A stretch of 32,000 bases of DNA from Nitrosococcus oceani ATCC 19707 (GCF_000012805.1 NC_007484.1:1800001-1832000); one strand, 5' to 3'; numbered from the stretch's first letter, positions 17,219 to 25,533 are shown. The notes: a model not told the origin generated them from the sequence alone. Made by a program: numbers and translations.

Positions 17219-18868
17219 CTAACGCCGATAGCGAGTTGATTGAGGATGGTTGGAGTAGGCTTTAAGCTGATCGAGCCCAGTTAGTTCTATTGATCCTCCA
17301 GTTGCCTGATAGAGTTTAGCATAATGGTGTAGCGCGCTTTGAAAGGTGAAATCCGCTACTTTAGCTTCGGAGAAATCAACCGTGATTTTCTTGCCCTTTG
17401 GTAGTTGGCTTAACCGGCGTTTAAAAGAAAGAAAGTTAGTAAAGGTTGCTCCTTTTCTCACTTTAACCCGGTATTCATCCTTACCCTCATCACTTTGATC
17501 TACCGTTAAATCTGCTTTGAAAAGAGTAGACGTTGGCGCTCTCATCACGAGCAATTGGTAGAGGAATTTGAAAATAATACCAGCGAAAACACCGACAAGC
17601 AGATTAGTGAAGATACAAACAAGCAAGGTGAATATGAAATAGAGAAATTGATCCCGGCCAATTTTAAAGATACCAATGAACTCGCCGGGAGCAGCAAGTT
17701 TATATCCCACGAATACCATCATAGCTGCCAGTGCTGCAACAGGAATCATTTGCATGACTGGGGACAATGCAAAAACAAAAATCAGGATAAAGGTTCCATG
17801 AAAGAAATTGGCCCAACCGGTTCTTGCCCCCATCAGGACATTGGCTTTGCTGCGGACAATTTCAGCGATCATGGGCAAGCCGCCGAGAATACCGGAAACG
17901 GCGCTGCCTATACCCACTCCCCGGATATCTTTGCCGATATCTGAGTGCCGTTGATAAGGATCTAATTGATCCACCGCTTTGGCGCTAAGACCGGATTCAA
18001 TGGCCGTGATAAGGGCGATGGTGAGAGCGGCGTACCAAAAAGCCCAGGTTAATATTTTACCGAAATCCGGGGTAACCGCACCGATCCAAGCAACGGCATC
18101 GAGGGGGTTGCCCGGTAGGGCTAGCAGCAGTTCTTTCCCTTCTGGAAGGTTGAGTTGTTGCTGCAAGGTTTCCAGATCAAAAAGCACGCCTGCGGGGATA
18201 GCAAATATCAGTACCCATACCGGGCTTGGAATTAATTGCACCCATTTGACTCTAATCATCGGGTGGATAGCCATGATGAGCAAAGAAACAAACCCTACGA
18301 TGGCAACAGGGGGCAGCATTTTGGTAAAACCTTGAGGAATAGCGGCTATGGTGCCAACCACATTAGAGCCTAGAATTGAATGGACTTCAGGAATGACCCC
18401 CATCATGGGAAAGAACATTTTGGCCATGATAACCACCCCAATGTAGGTTAACATGCCATGAATCACCGAACTGGGGGAGACATCTACGAGTTTTCCTGCC
18501 CCGGCGGCACCAATTATAAAAACCATGATGCCGGCTACAAAGACCGCGGCGATAGCGTAAAGATAACCAGCGTGGATATCCCCTTGGCCGAGACTTTGGA
18601 TAGCCGCCAGATTGGCTACAATTAGCCCGGCCGCCGGCCCATTAATGGTGACATAAGAGCCACTGATGCGGGAAACAAGTATACCGCCTACAATGGCTGC
18701 GATAAGACCGGCAAAAGCCGGAAAACCAGAAGCTAAAGCGATCCCTAGACTCAAGGGTAGGGCAATGAGAGAAATACTTAGCCCCGCCCTTAAATCGGCA
18801 GCAAAATTTTCCTTCAAGCCGGCAAAGCCTTTTCTAGGAGCCTCAAGGGTTTCAATGTGCTGTGCCAT
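17219..18868 (-). CDS. SulP-family inorganic/organic anion transporter with a C-terminal STAS domain
   Basis: 549-aa ORF. The N-terminus LKENFAADLRAGLSISLIALPLSLGIALASGFPAFAGLIAAIVGGILVS is typical SulP. It has about 11-12 hydrophobic segments, and the C-terminal roughly 100 aa are soluble and STAS-like. Confidence 0.9.
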   Translation of the reverse strand: MAQHIETLEAPRKGFAGLKENFAADLRAGLSISLIALPLSLGIALASGFPAFAGLIAAIVGGILVSRISGSYVTINGPAAGLIVANLAAIQSLGQGDIHAGYLYAIAAVFVAGIMVFIIGAAGAGKLVDVSPSSVIHGMLTYIGVVIMAKMFFPMMGVIPEVHSILGSNVVGTIAAIPQGFTKMLPPVAIVGFVSLLIMAIHPMIRVKWVQLIPSPVWVLIFAIPAGVLFDLETLQQQLNLPEGKELLLALPGNPLDAVAWIGAVTPDFGKILTWAFWYAALTIALITAIESGLSAKAVDQLDPYQRHSDIGKDIRGVGIGSAVSGILGGLPMIAEIVRSKANVLMGARTGWANFFHGTFILIFVFALSPVMQMIPVAALAAMMVFVGYKLAAPGEFIGIFKIGRDQFLYFIFTLLVCIFTNLLVGVFAGIIFKFLYQLLVMRAPTSTLFKADLTVDQSDEGKDEYRVKVRKGATFTNFLSFKRRLSQLPKGKKITVDFSEAKVADFTFQSALHHYAKLYQATGGSIELTGLDQLKAYSNHPQSTRYRR

Positions 18869-19046
18869 TTTCTATGATCCCTCGTCTTTTATTTGAAGAT
18901 GTTTATTTAAATAATACTTAAACAAATTGATATGGACTGCTTTCTATAACCTTGTTGTCTCTGGATAAGGGTAATAGGAAAATCCAGTGTCAGGGCCTGT
19001 AAAAGCAAATTGATATCATAGTGCTACGAAAATCTCTACACCCTGA

Positions 19047-19062
19047 TGCTATTTCTGTGCCA
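19047..19062 (-). promoter_or_regulatory. candidate sigma-54 (-24/-12) promoter upstream of the SulP gene
   Basis: The - strand reads TGGCAC-agaaa-TAGCA, against the consensus TGGCAC-N5-TTGCA. There is one mismatch, and the invariant GG and GC are present at the correct spacing. It lies about 180 nt upstream of the SulP ATG (18868). It is the only near-consensus site I found in an intergenic region with the right orientation. Confidence 0.5.
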
Positions 19063-19234
19063 TCTTCATAAGAGAAGAGGTAACCTCCTAAATATTCAAA
19101 AAAATAGGCTGATAAAGGCAGCTTGATAGCAGCTATAAAAATTATAAAATTGGTTTATTTAAACCGTTTGAGTGGTGGATTTCAACTATTTAAAATAGAA
19201 GGGGTGTTTTTGCAGGGCACTTTTTCAGAAATGC

Positions 19235-20641
19235 TTACTTAAAGGGATGGGCTAGCTTGGCTGGCTGTACAGTAGCGTCAAATTTCTTGGCCGATAGCAC
19301 TTTTAGTTCCAAGCAGGCTTGTTTGAGGGAAATGTCATTTTCCAGAGCATAATGGGCAACTTTTGCTGCTTGGTCATAGCCGATTTCTGGAGTTAAGGCT
19401 GTCACTAGCATGAGAGATCGCTCTACATAATGTGCAATCTGGCCTCGGTTTGCTTGGAGCCCTTCTACCAAAAAGCAGGTAAAGTTATGGCAACTGTCCG
19501 CTAGCAGTGTTACTGAATGAAGCAGGTTGAAGACTAGCATTGGTTTAAACACGTTAAGTTCAAAATTGCCCTGGGAGCCGGCGATCCCGATGGCGGTATC
19601 ATTGCCCATGACTTGCGCGGCGACCATGGTCATGGCTTCGCACTGGGTGGGGTTGACTTTTCCAGGCATGATGGAAGAACCAGGCTCGTTGGCCGGTAAG
19701 AGCAGTTCACCCAATCCACAGCGAGGACCCGATCCTAACCATCTAATATCATTAGCTATTTTCATGAGAGAGCAGGCCAGTACCCGTAGCGTTCCGCTGG
19801 CCATTACCATTCCATCATGGGCCGCGAGAGCGGCAAACTTATTGGATGCGGGAATAAAAGGAAGTCCCGTAAACTTACTGAGATAAGCGCTCACCCGTTC
19901 AGAAAATTGAGGTGGTGCATTTAGGCCGGTGCCTACAGCGGTTCCACCGATAGCTAGTTCGTAGAGTCCAGGCAGAGCAGTTTCGATTCGCTTGCGGTCG
20001 TCATCGAGTTGGGCCACGTAGCCGGAGAACTCTTGCCCTAGGGTTAAGGGAACGGCGTCTTGTAGGTGGGTGCGCCCAATTTTAACGATTTCTTTGAATT
20101 CCTCCGCTTTTCTATGAAGAGCATCGCGCAGCTTTTGCACCTGAGGAAGTAACCGTGTTTGAATGGCTTTGGCCGAGGCAAGGTGCATTGCCGTGGGAAA
20201 AGTGTCATTGGAGGATTGGGATAGATTAACGTGATCGTTGGGATGGATAGGATCTTTGCTGCCCTTGACTCCGCCAGCAAGCTCAATGGCCCGGTTAGCG
20301 ATAACTTCATTGATATTCATGTTGGCTTGGGTGCCGCTTCCTGTCATCCAAACCCGCAGTGGAAAATGCTCGTTGAGCTTGCTGTCCGCAACTTCTGTGG
20401 CGGCTCGAGCAATGAGCTGAGCCTTTTCTTTCGGTAACTTGCCTAGCTCCGCATTGGTGAGGGCGGCAGCCTTTTTGAGGAGCCCGAAGGCTTCTATGAC
20501 TTCCTGAGGGATGAGATCTTGGCCAATGGAGAAATAGATTAGCGAGCGCTGGGTTTGGGCGCCCCAGTAGCGATCAGCGGGCACTTCGATTTCGCCCATG
20601 CTATCGGTTTCAATACGTTTGGTGTGTTGGGTTGTATTCAT
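19235..20641 (-). CDS. fumC: class II fumarate hydratase
   Basis: Signature [16 protein letters not shown]. The N-terminus [33 protein letters not shown] is typical FumC. I place the start at the ATG at 20641, preceded by GGGAG. The track ORF extends a further 31 aa upstream to 20734, and that extension has no family similarity. Confidence 0.95.
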   Translation of the reverse strand: MNTTQHTKRIETDSMGEIEVPADRYWGAQTQRSLIYFSIGQDLIPQEVIEAFGLLKKAAALTNAELGKLPKEKAQLIARAATEVADSKLNEHFPLRVWMTGSGTQANMNINEVIANRAIELAGGVKGSKDPIHPNDHVNLSQSSNDTFPTAMHLASAKAIQTRLLPQVQKLRDALHRKAEEFKEIVKIGRTHLQDAVPLTLGQEFSGYVAQLDDDRKRIETALPGLYELAIGGTAVGTGLNAPPQFSERVSAYLSKFTGLPFIPASNKFAALAAHDGMVMASGTLRVLACSLMKIANDIRWLGSGPRCGLGELLLPANEPGSSIMPGKVNPTQCEAMTMVAAQVMGNDTAIGIAGSQGNFELNVFKPMLVFNLLHSVTLLADSCHNFTCFLVEGLQANRGQIAHYVERSLMLVTALTPEIGYDQAAKVAHYALENDISLKQACLELKVLSAKKFDATVQPAKLAHPFK

Positions 20642-20664
20642 GGGATGCTCCCTGAGGATCAATT

Positions 20665-21051
20665 CTAGTTCCCTAATCGGTAAAAAACATAAGGGGCTAC
20701 CGTAAGCCAGAGGGGAATCAAAGGCCATAGGCACCCGGCAAGGAGATTATAGTCACGCAAAAATCGTTCCCAGGAGTGCCTTGTCCCATAGTGTGCCAAG
20801 AAAAATTCAAATCCTACCGTGAGTCCTAGCCAGATAAATCCCATCATCCAGGCTTGCTGTGCGGATTCTAAGGGCCACAGGTTGATTGCCACCCAGATAT
20901 AAACGCTAAACAGGAGTAGGCCACTGGCGGTAGAAGCTTGGTGAGCGTGTAGTTCATCAAGGTGTTTAGAGTACCAGGATTTGCGGAGTATTCCATTGAG
21001 AAGGGCAATTAAAACCATGGGTGCCCAGGTGAAAATTGACTGTAGGATCAT
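20665..21051 (-). CDS. small integral membrane protein (about 4 TM helices), function unknown
   Basis: 128-aa ORF with four hydrophobic segments. It ends 24 nt before the fumC start, so it is probably co-transcribed. I do not recognise the family. Confidence 0.55.
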   Translation of the reverse strand: MILQSIFTWAPMVLIALLNGILRKSWYSKHLDELHAHQASTASGLLLFSVYIWVAINLWPLESAQQAWMMGFIWLGLTVGFEFFLAHYGTRHSWERFLRDYNLLAGCLWPLIPLWLTVAPYVFYRLGN

Positions 21052-21229
21052 TGGTTTTCTGTCCCATTGTTCGGATCAATTTGGTATTTGAATTTAGCAT
21101 AGCATAGGCAGCAGGGTGATAAAGGTAGGTAAGGATTTCTACCTTTAAATTCAACGTTATCCCCTGGCGTAGATAGACATTTAATCACTCACTGGGAGGA
21201 GAACAAAATGTAGTAGGGAAGAGGAGTAG

Positions 21230-21275
21230 TTAGCATACATTTTATGTAGTTATACGAACATAAAATGTATGCTAA
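21230..21275. repeat. perfect 17-bp inverted repeat TTAGCATACATTTTATG - 12 nt - CATAAAATGTATGCTAA
   Basis: Read directly: arms at 21230..21246 and 21259..21275 with no mismatch. It lies in an AT-rich 356-bp divergent intergenic region, about 75-120 bp upstream of the sigma-54-like motif in front of the pspA remnant. The repeat itself is certain. Its function (operator, enhancer site or mobile-element scar) is not. Confidence 0.7.
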
Positions 21276-21348
21276 TTTGACTGCTATTTGTTTTTAGATA
21301 AATTCAATTATTAAATAATTAGTTGATTTTTATAGCTATATCCTTATT

Positions 21349-21364
21349 AGGCACGGAATTTCAT
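21349..21364 (+). promoter_or_regulatory. weak sigma-54-like motif upstream of the pspA remnant
   Basis: aGGCACGgaatTTcat against the consensus TGGCACG-N4-TTGCW. The -24 element is good, but the -12 GC is replaced by CA. It lies 44 nt upstream of the ATG at 21408. psp operons are classically sigma-54 dependent, so this may be a decayed promoter. Confidence 0.25.
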
Positions 21365-21407
21365 ATATCTCCTGCTGTGGAAAGAAAAAATCTACTAAGG
21401 AGGTTTG

Positions 21408-21737
21408 ATGTCTTTCTTTAAGCGTTTATCTGCTAGTTTGACGGCCCGTATCGATCAGGCAATCAGTCAAATAGAGAACCATGAGACCATCATTGAGGTA
21501 GCTATTTACGAAGCTCGCCAGGTCGCTGCCAAAGCCAAGGTCCGCTTAGCTCGGGTGCAGCGTGACGGCGAGCAGTTGGAAGCCAAAATTACTGAGCTGC
21601 GAGAGGCTGAAATTAAATGGACGGAGCGGGCTAAAAAAACCGCCAAAGAGAGTGATAGGGAGGCCCTAGCGTGTCTCCGGCGTCGCCAAAGCTGCCACCA
21701 TCAGGCCACCCAATTTAATTCAAACGCAAGCGATTGA
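21408..21737 (+). pseudogene. pspA: PspA/IM30-family protein, N-terminal half only (about 100 of about 220 aa)
   Basis: MSFFKRLSASLTARIDQAISQIENHETIIEVAIYEARQVAAKAKVRLARVQRDGEQLEAKITELREAEIKWTERAKKTAKESDREALACLRRRQ aligns position for position with the PspA N-terminal coiled coil ([25 protein letters not shown]...). Similarity ends near 21715 and a stop follows. There is a strong RBS (AAGGAGG) at 21397..21403. Confidence 0.7.
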
Positions 21738-21813
21738 GGGGGCAACGCGTACACTCGTCCCTTTTGCCACAGAGCTGATCGATAAGTTGCAAGGCCGTGG
21801 TTTTTCCATCTAG

Positions 21814-22683
21814 GAAGCTGGGCGTTATCTCGCTTTGTTTTATCAATTGCGCCGAGCCTATTTTTTTATTACCCATTCCCTGGTGGGGGATTCTTCTTCT
21901 ATGACCCGCCTGCGCCACGCCGCCATTAATTTATCTCAGTTTCCAGAGAGTTTAATTGAATCAGAGTTATTTGGTTCCCGTAAGGGAGCTTTTACCGGCG
22001 CTATTGAGAATCATAAAGGTTTGTTCGAGTGTTGCAGTCCCCATGGGGCCTTGTTTCTGGATAAGATCGGGGATGTTTCTGTACCGGTGCAAATCAAACT
22101 GCTTAATGTGCTCCAGGAAAAACAGTTTACACCGGTAGGTAGTCATGCTTCGTTACGTTTTGCCGGACGGGTAATTGCCGCTACTAATCGTTCCCTTACA
22201 GCGCTGCGCCAGGAAGGGCGTTTTCGTGATGATTTTTATTATCGTCTTTCCTCTGATGTCATTGAGGTTCCTCCGCGGGTACGGATTCAGGAATCCTCAG
22301 TCGAATTAGAGCAGTTGGTGCAGTCATTAATAGAGCGGCTTACGGGCCAAACGGCCAATAGTTTAATTGAGCAAATCCTTCATACCTTGGACAAGTGCTT
22401 GCCTCGGAATTATGCTTGGCCCGGCAATGTTAGGGAGCTGGAGCAAGCGGTACGAAGAATTATTCTTACGGGGGAGTATCACGGAACTGAAACGCCCGTT
22501 TCTTATGGATCGTGGTTAAATCGGGCTGCTCAAGGTGAATTGAGCACCCAAGAACTGCTTGTCGCTTATTGCCAAATGCTGTACCGACGTCACGGAATTT
22601 ATGAAGCCGTGGCTATTGCTAGTGGTCTTGATCGTCGTACCGCGAAAAAATATGTCCATTCCAGTGTTCATAGGGCGGAATAA
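21814..22683 (+). pseudogene. sigma-54 enhancer-binding protein remnant (Walker A region deleted, Walker B Glu lost, upstream in-frame stop)
   Basis: The sequence reads ..LVGDSSSMTRLRH|AAINLSQFPESLIESELFGSRKGAFTGA... The roughly 45-50 aa that normally lie between L.G.S..M..l and f..iNc.a.pe.L.ESELFG, including GE.GTGKE, are absent. Walker B reads ALFLDKIG (DE->DK). GAFTGA, RFRDDFYYRL, WPGNVRELE and a C-terminal HTH are retained. The same frame continues upstream (..TRTLVPFATELIDKLQGRGFSI) across a TAG at 21811..21813. No N-terminal sensory domain remains. Confidence 0.75.
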
Positions 22684-22840
22684 GCGGCGGCTTTCGGTCT
22701 CCGTCTCCAGAAGTATTATGTAATTTTCCCTCTTTCATGTGGGGGCACTTAGGTTTCATGAGCGATGGCGTTTGCTATTGGATCATTCACTGACGGAGCA
22801 GGCGTTAACTTTATAAAGAGAATAAGGATTTTTATATTTT

Positions 22841-23614
22841 ATGATCGAAATGTCTAAAATATCAAAAAGGGAACAGGCCAGGTGTACCGAAGAAAATTGG
22901 CCGGGACGGGAACGCTGCGTAGCTTGCCCTATTTATAAGCTTGTTACCTCTCAAACTGACCCGAAGATGCTTGCTTGGCTAGCACAGGTATTAGACCCTA
23001 TTGAAATTCACCGTTTTGAGCCTGGAGAGATGGTTTGCAGGGTAGGCGAGAAAGGGCGGTATCTTTTTTCGGTCCGCGCGGGAATATTTAAAGCGGTGCG
23101 CTACGGCCAAGGGGGAGAGTATCGAATCGTGCATCTTTTTAGGAATGGAGAGAGTTTTGGTCTTGAGCTGCTGACCAACCCGCATTTCGATCATTCGGTG
23201 GTTGCCATAGAGTCCGCTGAGGCATGCCAGATTCCATTATCTGTGATTAGAACAGTAGAGGAGAAGGTGCCTGATCTCTGTACACCCCTGATGGAAGAAT
23301 GGCATGACCAGCTTCGTCAGGCGGAGACGTGGATCGTGCAATTTTCAACGGGCACCGTTCGTAGCCGGCTAGCACGGCTGATTATTTATCTCTCGCTGTG
23401 GAATTCTGGAGAAAAGATCAACACGGTGCGGCTACTTCCTGGGCGAGAATTGGCGGCTATTCTAGGCGCTACCCCAGAAAGCATCAGCCGGGTAATTGCT
23501 AGGTGGAAGCGGCAGAAATTTCTTCAGCGGCTTCCAGAAATGGGCGCGGAAACCTATCGGTTTGATAGAACTCAGTTGAAGCAAGCAGCCGAAGATTCTT
23601 CAGCCTCTTCGTAG
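22841..23614 (+). CDS. Crp/Fnr-family transcriptional regulator, FNR-like (N-terminal Cys cluster)
   Basis: 257-aa ORF with a cNMP-binding-like beta-roll (GEMVCRVGEKGRYLFSVRAGIFK) and an HTH whose recognition helix is TPESISRVIARWK (the E--SR motif of FNR-type proteins). The cysteines are C15, C27 and C30 (C-x11-C-x2-C) plus C129 in EACQIPL, which aligns with E. coli FNR C122 (MVCEIPF). Confidence 0.85.
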   Translation: MIEMSKISKREQARCTEENWPGRERCVACPIYKLVTSQTDPKMLAWLAQVLDPIEIHRFEPGEMVCRVGEKGRYLFSVRAGIFKAVRYGQGGEYRIVHLFRNGESFGLELLTNPHFDHSVVAIESAEACQIPLSVIRTVEEKVPDLCTPLMEEWHDQLRQAETWIVQFSTGTVRSRLARLIIYLSLWNSGEKINTVRLLPGRELAAILGATPESISRVIARWKRQKFLQRLPEMGAETYRFDRTQLKQAAEDSSASS

Positions 23615-23678
23615 TGTAAAAGATAATTTTTATATATATTATATCTCTATCATTATGGCAAAACACCTTGTTTATAAA

Positions 23679-23692
23679 TTGATAACGATCAA
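23679..23692. promoter_or_regulatory. perfect FNR/anaerobox consensus TTGAT-aacg-ATCAA upstream of the FixJ-like gene
   Basis: Read directly. The site is centred at 23685/23686. A -10-like hexamer TAGCAT at 23715..23720 would put the site at about -41.5 relative to a start near 23727, which is class II FNR promoter geometry. The ATG of the downstream gene is at 23751. I found no second full-consensus site in the window. Confidence 0.6.
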
Positions 23693-23750
23693 TGTTAAGG
23701 TGCCAGCAGCCTGCTAGCATGCCGTTATTTTCTTAAAATAATATTAGGTC

Positions 23751-24449
23751 ATGCAATTAGATAAACCGGCAGTATTTATAGTAGGAGTAGGCGAGAAATC
23801 GCATTATAGATTGCTTAATTTATTCCATTGCGCGGAGTTGATTGTAGAGGATTTCGAGACGGCTGAAGCCTTTTTGGATAGTGATTGCTGGAAGAAGCCA
23901 GGGTGCGTGCTATTGGAACTTTCTCTTCCAGAGGCAGATGGACTGGCTCTGCAGCGGCAGCTACACGCTGCGAATTCCAGGGTACCGGTAATCATGCTGG
24001 TAGATCCGGATGACATTGTTAACGCAGTGCAAGCCCTTAAACAGGGGGCCGTGGATGTGTTAGAAAAAACTGTCGGAGAACAAGCAGTATTGAATTCCGT
24101 TTTTAGAGCGGTTAGCCAAGCGGTTTTCTTCTGGGAGAAGGAAAAACAAATTGAATCTGCTCGTAGGCGCTTATCAAGCTTAACCCTTCGGGAGAAGCAG
24201 ATTCTCGATTTAGTGCTTAGGGGGACGCTTAATAAAGTGATTGCCTATGAGCTTGAAATTAGCATGAAGACGGTGGAAGTCCACCGTCATAATATGATGG
24301 AAAAGCTCAGTGCAAAAAATTTGGTTGAATTAATAAATTTAGTAGCGACGGCTGGTGGGAGAGAAATTTACTGCCTCCAGCCGCGCGGAGCGGCTACTCT
24401 AGGCAGCCCGATCCCCCTCAGCATACTTACCCCCGCTACTTCTTGTTAA
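23751..24449 (+). CDS. FixJ/NarL(LuxR)-type regulator with a degenerate (pseudo-)receiver domain
   Basis: The C-terminal LuxR HTH is LTLREKQILDLVLRGTLNKVIAYELEISMKTVEVHRHNMMEKL. The receiver fold is recognisable, but conserved residues have changed relative to FixJ: VHIVDDE -> VFIVGVGE, LVTDLRMPDMSG -> LLELSLPEADG (phospho-Asp -> Glu) and IVITGHGD -> IMLVDPDD (Thr -> Val). The Lys is retained (LEKT). Confidence 0.85.
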   Translation: MQLDKPAVFIVGVGEKSHYRLLNLFHCAELIVEDFETAEAFLDSDCWKKPGCVLLELSLPEADGLALQRQLHAANSRVPVIMLVDPDDIVNAVQALKQGAVDVLEKTVGEQAVLNSVFRAVSQAVFFWEKEKQIESARRRLSSLTLREKQILDLVLRGTLNKVIAYELEISMKTVEVHRHNMMEKLSAKNLVELINLVATAGGREIYCLQPRGAATLGSPIPLSILTPATSC

Positions 24450-24489
24450 CAATAACATGGACTGCAGCGGGGAAGAGGATTGACTATCT

Positions 24490-25533
24490 TTAAAAGAAGG
24501 TGCCCTCGAGGGGGGAGGAGGCGCTGGCATAGCGTCTCCGGGGGATACGCCCGGCCAGGTAGGCGTCACGACCTGCTTCCACCGCCTTTTTCATTGCCGA
24601 AGCCATCAAAATAGGGTTTTGAGCCCCGGCAATGGCGGTATTCATGAGTACTCCATCGCAGCCTAGTTCCATGGCTACCGCCGCATCGGAAGCGGTGCCA
24701 ACGCCCGCATCTACCAGGATAGGCACGGTGGCATTCTGGACAATTTCAAGGATATTGTAGGGATTTCGAATGCCTAGCCCAGAGCCAATGGGTGCCGCCA
24801 GGGGCATGACCGCGACGCATCCCATCTCTTCCAAGCGTTTGGCGGCAATGGGATCGTCATTAGTATAGACCATCACTTGAAAGTCTTCCTTGATAAGCAC
24901 TTCAGCGGCCTGGTAGGTTTCTACTAGATCTGGGAATAGAGTTTTTTCATCTCCTAGAACTTCCAGCTTTACCAAGCTATGGCCATCTAGCAGCTCTCGA
25001 GCCAAGCGGCAGGTACGTACTGCCTCCTTGGCATTATAGCAACCGGCGGTATTGGGCAAGAGTGTATAGCAATGCGGCGATATGACATCGAGTAGATTTG
25101 GCTCCCCCGGATTTTGCCCAATATTACTCCGACGAATAGCAATAGTGACGATCTCCGCGCCGCTGGCCTGGATAGCGTTCTGAGTTTCTTCCAGATCCTG
25201 GTATTTACCGGTGCCTACCATGAGTCGAGAATGGTAGGTTTTGCCCGCAACCACTAAGGGAGTATCCAATGTGCTCATTATCTCTTCCGTTTTGGCGTTT
25301 TGTGTTAAGGGACTAGCGGTAGCGCCAGAGTCTGAACCACCACCGATAGCGTAGACGATCTCCACTTTATCGCCAGATTGAAGTGGCCGCTGCGTATATT
25401 CGCTACGGGATACGATTTCCTGATTGACTTCCACGGCAAGCCGTTTTCCCTGGAGTTTCAGTAGGGCGATGAGCTCTGAAATCAGGCAGTTTTCTGGTAC
25501 CTGGTGAATTTTACCGTTTAATAAAATTTCCAT
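24490..25533 (-). CDS. thiG: bifunctional ThiS-ThiG protein (sulfur-carrier domain fused to thiazole synthase)
   Basis: Residues 1-66 are ThiS-like and end in ..[11 protein letters not shown] linker of about 25 aa follows. ThiG then runs from [23 protein letters not shown] through VKLEVLGD (Schiff-base Lys region) to the C-terminus. It is a single uninterrupted 347-aa frame. Confidence 0.9.
   Translation of the reverse strand: MEILLNGKIHQVPENCLISELIALLKLQGKRLAVEVNQEIVSRSEYTQRPLQSGDKVEIVYAIGGGSDSGATASPLTQNAKTEEIMSTLDTPLVVAGKTYHSRLMVGTGKYQDLEETQNAIQASGAEIVTIAIRRSNIGQNPGEPNLLDVISPHCYTLLPNTAGCYNAKEAVRTCRLARELLDGHSLVKLEVLGDEKTLFPDLVETYQAAEVLIKEDFQVMVYTNDDPIAAKRLEEMGCVAVMPLAAPIGSGLGIRNPYNILEIVQNATVPILVDAGVGTASDAAVAMELGCDGVLMNTAIAGAQNPILMASAMKKAVEAGRDAYLAGRIPRRRYASASSPLEGTFF

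Noticed and set aside
17555-18335. The + strand ORFs 17555..17944 (129 aa) and 17979..18335 (118 aa).
   Set aside because: They are antisense to the SulP transporter, which has an unmistakable family signature. Their composition looks like mirror-frame artefact.
19527-20437. ORFs overlapping fumC on either strand (19527..19886, 20044..20310, 20231..20437, 20238..20420).
   Set aside because: They lie within or opposite the fumC gene, which carries the [11 protein letters not shown] signature. They have no independent support.
20642-20734. The 31-codon upstream extension of the fumC ORF, which overlaps the preceding membrane-protein gene.
   Set aside because: FumC homology starts at [17 protein letters not shown], and a GGGAG RBS precedes that ATG. 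The extension would overlap the upstream gene by 70 nt.
23652-23712. TGGCA-containing strings near the FNR box: TGGCAAAACACCTTGT on the + strand and TGGCACCTTAACATTG on the - strand.
   Set aside because: The -12 GC is absent or mis-spaced in both. One points away from any gene start. The FNR-box plus -10 hexamer arrangement explains the spacer better.
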